Source: Elusimicrobiota bacterium (lineage in GTDB: Bacteria; CG03; SLGR01; JAGXOG01). From it: a DNA stretch of 32,648 nucleotides. Both the position numbers and the translations under genes were made by a program. The stretch covers positions 1 through 32,648 of the forward strand of contig JAQICQ010000101.1 of the NCBI GenBank assembly GCA_027858455.1, read 5' to 3'. Shown piece after piece: positions 7,612 to 16,700 of the stretch. Below the pieces are notes generated by a model. The model worked only from the letters and a program-made list of their open reading frames with translations. It had not been told where the DNA came from and did not search any database. Position 1 is the first letter of the stretch; each line of letters opens with the position of its first letter.

Positions 7612-9822
7612 ATGAAAAAACAAGACTTGGAAACAGCAGTTAAAATAATCAGCAGCCTCCGGATAGCCATTTCAAATATACGCCTCTATCCTGAGACAAG
7701 CAACATAGTAACTGATTCAATTGACGATGTTTACGGAAAGATACAGAACCTTTTACATAAATACGATCATCTTTCTTTTGCCGAAACCTCTGCAAATCTT
7801 ATAATAAACGACAAAATTATAAAACAAAATTTCAAGGCGCTTATACCTGCCGATGTCTATCGGACCTTTGTAGAGACATTAATGCATTCTCATATAAAAT
7901 GCTTATCTTTTAAAGACGGGCTCAGCCGGGAAGATTTTTATTTTTTTATAAAAATATTCTCGGAAAAGCACTGGCGCCGGGAAGGCGACATGATGGTCCT
8001 GACTACTATTTTAAAAGAAAAAAATATAGATACCATACGGCTCAACGAAAAGGTATACCAGGCCGTAGGAGAGACCGACCTTGTAGTTAAAGAAGGAATG
8101 GACTATTTAAAGCGCAACGAAGGCGAAATTGATATTTTAGTAAAAACTTTAGAGGAAGTGGCAGAAATTGCCCGGACAGATAAAGAGAAGGTCTTTAACG
8201 ACGAGATACGCACAAATGTAATTAATAAAATGATGGAACTTAAACCGGAGCTTCTCGTTAACTTCTTCAAACGAAAAAGAACCCCCAAAGTTGAAAAAAT
8301 AAAAGACACAATAGTCGAAGGCCTGCCCGCCCGGCAGATAAAAGAGGTTATCTCTAAGGTTACAACGGTATATAAAACGATAAAAAATGAAACTCCTCCG
8401 GGCTCAAAAAAAGAAGCCGAACTTTTAAAACTCAAAGAGACCATCAACTCTCTGCTCTCCTCCTGCAGGGACAGGGAGGCTTCTCTGGAAATTTTTAATA
8501 TGCTGAAAGATGACAACCTTGACGAGCTCCTCCCGGCGTGGTGGGATAAACCCGAAAAATCCAAGATGGGGCTCCTTGTCTCAAAAGGCAGAATTTTAAT
8601 TGAAAAAGATTCTGCGGAACTTTTAGACCCGGCGATAAGAGACGACATCATAAAAATTATACGCCAGATGGAAAAGATAGGAAAAGAAGAGATTATCCGC
8701 GGCCTTTTACAAAAACTTAAAGAAAATTTTCTCGCTAATACAGCAGCGACGAGGCTGGAGGCGGTAAAATTTTATAAAACATTAAAACCGACGCTTGACT
8801 CTCTTGCAAATAACGAACTGGCTTTACTTTTAGAACCGGTTCTCTGGGATATCATAGAAAAAGAGACCGACGAAACGGTCTACAGCCTCATAGCCGACAT
8901 CCAGTCACAGGCAATAGAAAACTCCGTAAAGGATTGCGACTATCAAAAAGCCAGAGAGATACTTGCTATATTCAGAAAACACCGGGCGCTGAAAAAAGAA
9001 GGATTCCAGGGAAGGGCGGAAAAAGCCGAAGAATATCTTAAAAAATCAGCCACAAACCGCGTACTCAAACTTTTAATAGAAGATTTAAGGTCGAGGGAAA
9101 AAGAAAGGCAGGATAACTCCTACAAGGTGCTCCTCCAGATGGAGGAGTTTATGACTCCTAAAATGATAGGCGCCATAAAAAAGACAGCTGACCTGGGGCT
9201 GAGGGAACTTATGGCAAGAATAATAGTAAAGGTAGGAGAAAAAGCTGTTCTTTCCCTCATAAGCGAGGCAGAAAAAGGTATTCCCTCAGGCGATGTTAAA
9301 AATATAATAGAGATACTTCCCACCCTTGATAAAAAATCCATATCCCTTGCAAAACTGCGCTATACAATGAACCACTACGCCGTTGAAGTGCGGGTGCAAT
9401 CGGTAAAAACAGCAATGGAATTCGGCCCTGACGGCCGGGATATACTAATTTACGCCCTGGACGACGAAAATATAAAAGTCAGGACACTGGCAATCGAGGG
9501 AATGGGAATTTTAAAAGACAAGGAATTGTTTGACCTTTTTAAGAATAAGGACAAAACAAATATTGAAGAAAGACTTTTCTGCGAAGCTCTCGGCGGACTA
9601 AATATGCCGGCCGCCCAAAACTATCTGATTAAGATAGCCTCGCCGAAAAAAAGATTTTGGAGAAAAAGAAAACCGCGTGAAGTCCGAGTGGCTGCGATAA
9701 AAACGCTTGAACACTACCCCGGACCTAAAACAGAGAGCGTTCTTGACCGGTTAAAAAACTCTTCTGATAAGTTTATCCGCTCTAACGCCAAATACATACT
9801 GAAAAAAATACAAGAACAATAA
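7612..9822 (+). CDS. Large alpha-helical protein with C-terminal HEAT (PBS-lyase type) repeats, function unknown
   Basis: 736 aa. The C-terminal third shows HEAT-like periodicity (VRVQSVKTAMEFGPDGRDILIYALDDENIKVRTLAIEGMGIL...VRVAAIKTLEHY...DKFIRSNAKYIL). I recognise no catalytic motif. It is one of only two plus-strand genes and is divergent from the GGDEF operon. Confidence 0.6.
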   Translation: MKKQDLETAVKIISSLRIAISNIRLYPETSNIVTDSIDDVYGKIQNLLHKYDHLSFAETSANLIINDKIIKQNFKALIPADVYRTFVETLMHSHIKCLSFKDGLSREDFYFFIKIFSEKHWRREGDMMVLTTILKEKNIDTIRLNEKVYQAVGETDLVVKEGMDYLKRNEGEIDILVKTLEEVAEIARTDKEKVFNDEIRTNVINKMMELKPELLVNFFKRKRTPKVEKIKDTIVEGLPARQIKEVISKVTTVYKTIKNETPPGSKKEAELLKLKETINSLLSSCRDREASLEIFNMLKDDNLDELLPAWWDKPEKSKMGLLVSKGRILIEKDSAELLDPAIRDDIIKIIRQMEKIGKEEIIRGLLQKLKENFLANTAATRLEAVKFYKTLKPTLDSLANNELALLLEPVLWDIIEKETDETVYSLIADIQSQAIENSVKDCDYQKAREILAIFRKHRALKKEGFQGRAEKAEEYLKKSATNRVLKLLIEDLRSREKERQDNSYKVLLQMEEFMTPKMIGAIKKTADLGLRELMARIIVKVGEKAVLSLISEAEKGIPSGDVKNIIEILPTLDKKSISLAKLRYTMNHYAVEVRVQSVKTAMEFGPDGRDILIYALDDENIKVRTLAIEGMGILKDKELFDLFKNKDKTNIEERLFCEALGGLNMPAAQNYLIKIASPKKRFWRKRKPREVRVAAIKTLEHYPGPKTESVLDRLKNSSDKFIRSNAKYILKKIQEQ

Positions 9823-9902
9823 AACTGACGAAGTTGAAGAATTATCCTGCCAGCCGATTACTTTTATATTTAAGCTGCCTCACAAGTTATGATTATGCAG
9901 TA

Positions 9903-10412
9903 TCAGCAATCTGTTTTGCTAAATCCTTTTGTTTTATCTTTTTTTACCATATAAAGTCTTTTCAAATCTGATATATCAATAGTGCGGTTAGCCGCTTTCT
10001 TATTCAAAATAAGATCCTCCAAACTAATATAATATGTATCTTCCTCGCCGTATTTGCCGGCAATTTTATGTTTTATAGTTTCTCCTGTGTCTATTCCTTC
10101 AATGCTATTAGTTATATGAACCTTGATTGGATCCTCTCCTATTTGAAAAAAAGAAGGTTTATTTTTGGTAAAATATTTCTCGTTAAGTTCATACTGTTTC
10201 TCTAAACTTTCCGTAGTAATACCCATAAAGTTTGCAATAGATTTAACTGTTTTTTTGCTGTTTCCCGGTGATTTATCAATAAGACAATTAATATCTGTAG
10301 TATAGCGCGGTTTAGCATAGTAGGATACCGCCATTGCTCCTACAATACAATATTCAACTTCAAATTTATTAAAAGTTTTTATGAAATCTTTAAAATCTTT
10401 TTCATGTCTCAC
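9903..10412 (-). CDS. Small nucleotidyltransferase-fold protein (MNT-like family) with substituted catalytic residues
   Basis: 169 aa. FEVEYCIVGAMAVSYYAKPRYTTDINCLID matches the hG[GS]...DxD layout of small NTase-fold proteins, but it reads VGA and DIN where VGG and DID are expected. The C-terminal ISLEDLILNKKAANRTIDISDLKRL is typical of this family (from memory). The GTG start overlaps the upstream gene by 11 nt, and GAGGA lies 8 nt upstream. Confidence 0.6.
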   Translation of the reverse strand: MRHEKDFKDFIKTFNKFEVEYCIVGAMAVSYYAKPRYTTDINCLIDKSPGNSKKTVKSIANFMGITTESLEKQYELNEKYFTKNKPSFFQIGEDPIKVHITNSIEGIDTGETIKHKIAGKYGEEDTYYISLEDLILNKKAANRTIDISDLKRLYMVKKDKTKGFSKTDC

Positions 10413-10617
10413 GGCGCAAATCCTCTATAGATATTTTTTTTGCATATTTACGATTCATTTTCCGGGGCTTTATGCCTTTTAATTCATAATATTGTTCTCG
10501 CAGATATTGAGTCATATCAAGCCGCTGCCGGGGCGTTAGTGAAAAATCATGTTCATCAGCAGCTTTTTCAAGCTCTTCAAAAGATGCACAAATTTTGGTA
10601 TATGTTTTTTTTGTCAT
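10402..10617 (-). CDS. Small partner protein of the NTase-fold gene (antitoxin-like position, no recognised domain)
   Basis: 71 aa. ATG 10617 is preceded by TAAGGAG. The gene overlaps the downstream NTase-fold gene and lies downstream of a consensus sigma70-type promoter. Confidence 0.55.
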   Translation of the reverse strand: MTKKTYTKICASFEELEKAADEHDFSLTPRQRLDMTQYLREQYYELKGIKPRKMNRKYAKKISIEDLRRET

Positions 10618-10749
10618 TTAGGAATCTCCTTAAAATGAAAAAGGCTTCCTACCCGGGAGAAATCCTCATGAGATAAAACCTGAACAGAAAGCCCTTTTGT
10701 CTTTATTATTTTGAATATTCGCAGAATTTCCTTATTTCATATTGATAAA

Positions 10750-10779
10750 ATTATACAAAACTGATATTGAATTTGTCAA
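10750..10779 (-). promoter_or_regulatory. Consensus sigma70-type promoter for the 71-aa / NTase-fold pair
   Basis: The minus strand reads TTGACA (10779..10774), then an 18-nt spacer, then TATAAT (10755..10750). Both hexamers are perfect consensus. It lies about 130 nt upstream of ATG 10617. Confidence 0.6.
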
Positions 10780-10905
10780 ATTACTTATCTACTGAATTTT
10801 CATAAGCCGCGGCGGCAGGAGGACATTGCGGCTTTGTCTGAGCTCTTTCAGCGCGCCGGCCCCTTAAATAATTTTTAGCATACAGTATTTCCGGCCGCAG
10901 TAAAA

Positions 10906-11466
10906 CTACCTGTTTAAATCTTTTCTGCTGAAAACTTCCGCCCGGAAAGTAAGAATTTCCGTATCTTTGTCTTTCCATGCATCAGGTTCTAACCCGGCCT
11001 TAGAATAAGACAGGCTTCTTAAAAACTCTTCTTTGCTCCACCCTGTTTCATCAGCTACCTGGGGAAGATAGACCCCCTGATTCATTCCCCTTTTTATAAT
11101 AACTCCGTCCCGCCCGAGTTTTATATCTTCCGTACTTTTAACCTTTTCGGGTACGGTAAGAACTGATATCTCTATATCCAGGCCGCCTAATTCCTCCGGC
11201 GACACTGAAGAAAACCTCGGGTCTTGCGAAGAAGCCGCTACCGCCATATTTTTCACTGCTATATAAAGTTTATTTACCGGGAAGATATTTCCTATGCACC
11301 CCCGGAGACGGCCGTCTTTATGAAGAGTTACAAATACCCCTCTTTCCCCGTTAAGAGTTTTGTCGGTGATATCAAATCGCGGGACCTCTTCTTTTTTAAT
11401 GTGTTTTTGTAAAGTAACTTCCACAATGTCTAAAAGAGTTAGTTTTTGATCTTTTGTCAGACCCAT
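10906..11466 (-). CDS. AMMECR1 domain protein
   Basis: 186 aa. It carries the signature LRGCIGNIFP and the DPRFSSVSPEEL block. The stop codon is TAG. Confidence 0.85.
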   Translation of the reverse strand: MGLTKDQKLTLLDIVEVTLQKHIKKEEVPRFDITDKTLNGERGVFVTLHKDGRLRGCIGNIFPVNKLYIAVKNMAVAASSQDPRFSSVSPEELGGLDIEISVLTVPEKVKSTEDIKLGRDGVIIKRGMNQGVYLPQVADETGWSKEEFLRSLSYSKAGLEPDAWKDKDTEILTFRAEVFSRKDLNR

Positions 11467-11485
11467 AATCTTAAGAAATACCTCT

Positions 11486-12172
11486 TTAACTTAGCTCCCG
11501 GAATGTCTCTATCTTCTCCTGACTGCAAACCAGTATCATTGCATCCCCACCCTTTAATTTTGTTTCTGCCGTGGGCGGGGCGATAATAATTTGCTCGTAA
11601 TCCGTCTGATTATCGTCGTTTATAATAGGTTTTTTTCTCTTAATGGCTATTACATTTGAATTGTATTTTTTTCTGATTTGCAGCGTTCCTAAATTCTTAC
11701 CTATAAATTTTTGCGGGGCATTTATCTCTACCATAAAAAGCCCCGGGGCCAGCGGCAGTTCGTTATAACCCGGCCATAAAAGCCTTTTAGAAAGAACTTC
11801 CGCGGAATCTTTTTCCGGAAAGACCACATTGTTGGCACCGATTTTTTTTAAAACTTTCCCGTGCAGTTCATCAACCGCCTTTACCATAACCAAGGGGACT
11901 TCTATCTCTTTAAGCAAGAGCGTTATTAAGATACTCTCGCCCATATTGCCTCCTATAGAAACTACCGCCGCGTCAACATCCGAAACGCCGAGATCCTTTA
12001 AGGCTTCAATGTCGGTTGAATCGGCTTCCACTACGGAAGTAAATTCATTTTCATAAGCCCTTACCTTATCGGGATCCTTTTCAATAGCTATCACCTCTCC
12101 GCCTTCCTGCTCTAAATCACGGGCAATTGCCGAACCAAACCTTCCTAAACCTATTATCGCAAAACTTTTCAT
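11486..12172 (-). CDS. ktrA: K+ uptake system peripheral subunit KtrA/TrkA (RCK N- and C-domains)
   Basis: 228 aa. The Rossmann motif is IIGLGRFGSAIARDL. The C-terminal TrkA-C-like half contains GKNLGTLQIRKKYNSNVIAIKR. It lies immediately downstream of the TrkH/KtrB gene. Confidence 0.85.
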   Translation of the reverse strand: MKSFAIIGLGRFGSAIARDLEQEGGEVIAIEKDPDKVRAYENEFTSVVEADSTDIEALKDLGVSDVDAAVVSIGGNMGESILITLLLKEIEVPLVMVKAVDELHGKVLKKIGANNVVFPEKDSAEVLSKRLLWPGYNELPLAPGLFMVEINAPQKFIGKNLGTLQIRKKYNSNVIAIKRKKPIINDDNQTDYEQIIIAPPTAETKLKGGDAMILVCSQEKIETFRELS

Positions 12173-12216
12173 ATAAATAATCTCCTTTTTTTAAAAATTA
12201 CTTTTAATTTTCCGGC

Positions 12217-13569
12217 TTAACCTACCGCTATTTCCTGCTCGGGATATCTATGCGTCTGTTTTTTATGTTTTACTATGATAGCTGTAAAAAAAGTTATCGG
12301 TCCGAGCCTGCCGAAAAACATCGTTAATATTATCACCAGTTTGCTGAATGAACTTAAATCCGCAGTAATCCCCGTTGAAAGCCCTACCGTTCCGAAAGCA
12401 GAGGTAACCTCAAAGAGTATCTCTCTTATAGAAAAATTATCGACAAACGATATCAGCATCATGGCAATAAGTATAGAAAATATACTCAGCCCGAAGATCA
12501 CAACGGATTTCTTGACTGTATTAATGGTAAGTCTTCTTTTAAATAAAACTTGGTCCCTGCCCTCTTTTATAGTTGCTTTCATATTAAAAAGAAGCACGGC
12601 AAAAGTCGTGGTCTTTATTCCGCCTCCGGTCCCTCCGGGCGAAGCCCCGATAAACATAAGCACCACGGTAAATATTACAGAAAAATTAAGCAGGCCCCCT
12701 GTATCTATCATATTAAAGCCCGCTGTCCGGGGAGTAACGGACTGAAAAAACGCCATCAGCCATTTTTTGGATAAAGACATATCTTTAAGTGTAAGCGGAT
12801 TATTAAATTCAGCGATAAAATATATAACCGTTCCCGCAACAAGCAAAATAGAGGTTGCGGTCAATACAATCTTTGTATGTACGGAGAATCTGTATCTTTT
12901 CTTTTTAGATAAACTTTTAATATATCCCATAAAATCATTTATCACTATATAGCCTATACCTCCGAGAATTATCAGAAAAGAAACGGTCATAACCGAAATC
13001 CAGTCGTTATTTAACCCTGTAAGAGAAGCGCCGGCCTCAAAGATATCAAATCCGGCGTTGCAGAAAGCCGAGACAGAATGAAAGACCCCAAAATAAAGTG
13101 AACGCCCAAAACTGTTAAAGAGCGGTCTCATCCTCCATGTAAGCAGGGCGGCTCCGGCTGCTTCAAGAATCAGAGTCACGGCAAGAACCCTTAATATAAA
13201 TTTAGAAAGCTTTATTTTTTCAGTTCCGGCCATCTGATGCTGAACAATTATTCTTCCTTTTATGCTCATTCCTTTTCTTGAAAGTATTACCAGCATGCTC
13301 GCCAGGGCCATATAGCCCAGCGCCCCTATCTGTATAAGGAAAAGTATTATTGCCTGGCCGAGGGGAGTAAAAAACTCACCGGTGGCCTTTACCGTCAACC
13401 CGGTCACACAAACTGCCGAGGTCGAGGTAAAAAGCGCATCTATAAAGTTTATGGGGCTTACGGTAGTTCCCGGGATAAATTTTAAGGCCAGAGCGCCGGC
13501 GCCTATTACCGTTAAAAAGAGCTTGATTAAATTTACAGAGGGATTAAAAGTTTTGCCTGTTGTTTGCAT
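12217..13569 (-). CDS. ktrB: K+ transporter membrane subunit KtrB/TrkH
   Basis: 450 aa and polytopic. It has repeated selectivity-filter-like segments (SAVCVTGL, SAFCNAGF, TPRTAGF, SAFGTVGLS) typical of the TrkH/KtrB family. Confidence 0.85.
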   Translation of the reverse strand: MQTTGKTFNPSVNLIKLFLTVIGAGALALKFIPGTTVSPINFIDALFTSTSAVCVTGLTVKATGEFFTPLGQAIILFLIQIGALGYMALASMLVILSRKGMSIKGRIIVQHQMAGTEKIKLSKFILRVLAVTLILEAAGAALLTWRMRPLFNSFGRSLYFGVFHSVSAFCNAGFDIFEAGASLTGLNNDWISVMTVSFLIILGGIGYIVINDFMGYIKSLSKKKRYRFSVHTKIVLTATSILLVAGTVIYFIAEFNNPLTLKDMSLSKKWLMAFFQSVTPRTAGFNMIDTGGLLNFSVIFTVVLMFIGASPGGTGGGIKTTTFAVLLFNMKATIKEGRDQVLFKRRLTINTVKKSVVIFGLSIFSILIAMMLISFVDNFSIREILFEVTSAFGTVGLSTGITADLSSFSKLVIILTMFFGRLGPITFFTAIIVKHKKQTHRYPEQEIAVG

Positions 13570-13716
13570 TTTTTATAATATTTTAATAGTAAAAACCGCG
13601 ATTTAAAACCATACTGCATCTGCCCGGACACACCGCCCCGTCTGGCCGCATCGTATAAGCTTTTATTATAAAAACCCTCCTTAATTTGCTGAAATTATAC
13701 CTGTTATTGCTATGAA

Positions 13717-13745
13717 TTTATATCAAATAGAATATGACATGTCAA
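13717..13745 (-). promoter_or_regulatory. Sigma70-type promoter upstream of ktrB
   Basis: The minus strand reads TTGACA (13745..13740), then a 17-nt spacer, then TATAAA (13722..13717). It lies about 150 nt upstream of ATG 13569. Confidence 0.55.
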
Positions 13746-13792
13746 CAGAATTTCCCGGGCTTTTCAAAAGACCTCAAAAATACTGCGGGCGC

Positions 13793-16700
13793 TTATCGGG
13801 ATCTGTCCCGTAAATCTTTTTTCTTATTAAATATCTCAGCTATTTTACGAAGAAGATCTTTGACATTATAGGGTTTATTTATAAACGGTATATTATTTTT
13901 TACTATCTCTTCTGTCTGACCTTTTTTATCAAGATAACCGCTGGTAAGAAGCATATTTTTAGGCGGTTTTATCTTTTTTAGTTCTTCTATGAGTTCAAGT
14001 CCTGTGCCGTCGGGCAGAATCATATCGCTGAAAACCAGATCAAAATCGCCTTTTTGCTCTTTATAGATATTTACCGCCTTGCCTTTATCAGAGGCGGAAA
14101 CAGGTTTATAATTATTTTTTCCAAGAATTCTGGCGGCAAGCTTTAATATCTGCTGCTCGTCCTCAACGATTAAAATCTTTTGCCCCCGGCCAGTATCTGC
14201 TTTATGGTCTTTTTCTTTTACCGGTTTTTTATTTATTTCTTCTTCCAAGGCCGGAAAATACATACTGAACCTGGTTCCCTCTCCCGGCTCTGTCCATACT
14301 TTTATCACAGCGTCATGGTCTTTAATTATGCCAAATACTACCGATAAGCCCAGACCCGTGCCCTCTGTTTTTTTTGTGGTAAAAAATGGTTCAAAAATAT
14401 TTTCAACCGTCTTTTTATCCATCCCTCTGCCTGAATCTTCTACAGTAAGACAGATATACTTTCCCGGAAAAATATCACCGTATATGGTATGCTCTGTTTC
14501 TTTTATATTTTCAACTTTAGTTTCAATAATAATTTCACCGCCGTCCGGCATAGCATAGAGAGAGTTTACCGTCAGATTGGTAATAACCTGCTCTATATTT
14601 GTCCTGTCAGCTTTCACACTAACCCCCTCTGCGGCAAGCCGGGCATCTATAGTAATATCTTCCCCTAAAAGCCGGCCGAGCATCTTCAGCATATCTTTAA
14701 CTACGGCGTCTATATTAATATTGTTTTTTTCCGCCGGTGTTGTCCGGCTAAATACCAGCAACTGCCCGACAAGGTCCGCCGCCCGCAATGAGCTTTTCTT
14801 TATGTTTTCTATGTCTTTTCTGTCCTGCCCCTTAATTCTTTCTTCTTCAAGAAGCAGTTCCGCATCGCCTATTATTGATGTAAGTATATTGTTGAAATCA
14901 TGCGCTATCCCCCCGGCGAGAGTCCCTATTGACTCCATTTTCTGGGAATGCTGCAGCTGATTCATCAAACTTTCACTATTTTTTGCCATCTTTCTTTTCT
15001 CTAAGTCATGGCTTATTATATGGACCACATCATTAATAAATAATTCAGTGCTTTTATCTAATTCGGGTTTTACCTTATTAGAAAAACATATATCAAATGA
15101 AAGCGCGGCGGCTAATTTTTTTTCTCTATAGACAGGATAAAGCCATAAATAATCTATATCCCACTCTTCTTTGAATTTTTTTACTACACTGTTAAAAAGG
15201 GGCTTTAAAAAAGCCGGGATTTTATCTTTTAAGATATCTTCGTTTATCAGATGTTTTCCTGTTTTCAGCGCATAGTCTAATAGCTTTCTCGGTACGGCTT
15301 CACCCCGTGTAGATTTAACTCCGTCCGCCACCCACTCTACGGAGACGACTTTTTTATCCTGTTCGGCTGTGTAAATATAACTCACGCGGGAAACATCCAA
15401 AACCGGACCTATCTTGTTTAGCACTCTCTCTATAAGAGCCTTTTCATCCGAGAAAAATTTTTCATCCGAACTTTTAAGCGCGGCCAGTTTCCATATCTCG
15501 GTTTTTATTTTATTAAACTTTCTCTGTTTCTTACGTATATGCTGATATTTAATACTTTTGGTTATATCTTTACCCATGCCCGAAAAGCCTGTAAGGTGTC
15601 CGTCTTTATCAAATATCGGAGAAATTGTAAGTTCAATATATATTTTTTCGCCGGACTTAGTCTTTTCGGCAATCCTTAGCGTCTGCGGTTTTTTTTCTTT
15701 TATTACCCGGTCTTTTGCTTTCTCTATAATTTCGCGGTCTCTTTCAGCATGATACATCAACCGAATTTGCTTTTTGCCTATCATCTCTTTTGCGCTGTAT
15801 CCAAAGATATTCTGCGCGCCCTTGTTCCAGTAGGTTATCGTCCCGTCTATATCGGAAACAATTATTGATACAGCCAAAGAACTTTCCAAAATATTATTTA
15901 AAAATATGTTAAGGGACTCTTTCTCCCTGACGGATTCAGCGAGGTTTAATTCCGCCTCAGATAATTTTATATTTTGGTGGTTTAATTGGGAAGTTTTTTT
16001 TCTAACTTTTTTCTTTAATACAACTGACCATATAAACGAAAATAGCATTACCAGTAAAAGCGGAATGATTACATAAAGTCCGTATCTTAAAAAAGACGCC
16101 AGGTTGTTTTTTTCATAAACACCGAACCATTTATCATATATTTCCCTGTAGCGTCCTGTTTCATTTATCTCCGCAAGAGCCGCCGACAGGAGTCCTGCAA
16201 GCCGGATGTCGCCTTCTTTAACCGCAAAACAGTATTCTTCCGAAGAAATCGGTATTTTCGCTAACTCTATATTTTGTAAATTATTTTCTTTTTTCAGGTA
16301 AACCGCAGTTAAATAACTTCCGAGAGCGCAATCGTAGCGGCCTCCGTCAATCATCTTAAGCGCTTCCTCCTGGTTAGCGACGACAGTTATATTTTTCCCG
16401 TAACCGTACTTAAGAGCCTGCTCGTGCATAATATCGCCTTTCTGGACTAATATGGATTTGCCCTCAAGCTTCTTTAGGGATTTTAACTTCTCCCCCCCTT
16501 TTCTATAGGCAATACCCTGACTTATTACTGTATGGGACTGACTGAAATCATATATTTTTTCGCGCTCCGCGGAATAAAGCATTCCCTGGATAATATCTAT
16601 CTTGCCTTCGGCAAGGCGCTCTTTGGTTTCCGCCCACGGAGCAAGTATGATCCTTATATCCAGCCCGGCCTGCTCGGCAACTGCTCTTATGATATCTACA

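Noticed and set aside
8103-8651. 182-aa minus-strand ORF inside the HEAT-repeat gene. Similar antisense ORFs occur at 12275..12745, 14577..14960, 24604..25095, 28683..29066, 3526..3921 and 21145..21519.
   Set aside because: All lie antisense to long ORFs that contain recognisable domains. Their Ser/Leu/Phe/Ile-rich low-complexity translations are what the reverse complement of Lys/Glu-rich coding sequence produces. None has an SD or a recognisable motif.
10781-10978. 65-aa minus-strand ORF overlapping the 3' end of the AMMECR1 gene and the GC-rich spacer downstream of it
   Set aside because: It overlaps a well-supported gene in another frame, has no SD, and has an Arg/Pro/Ala-rich translation unlike the rest of the proteome. 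The AAGCCGC...GCGGCTT inverted repeat at about 10802..10832 has a 17-nt loop and no U-tract, so I did not call it a terminator either.
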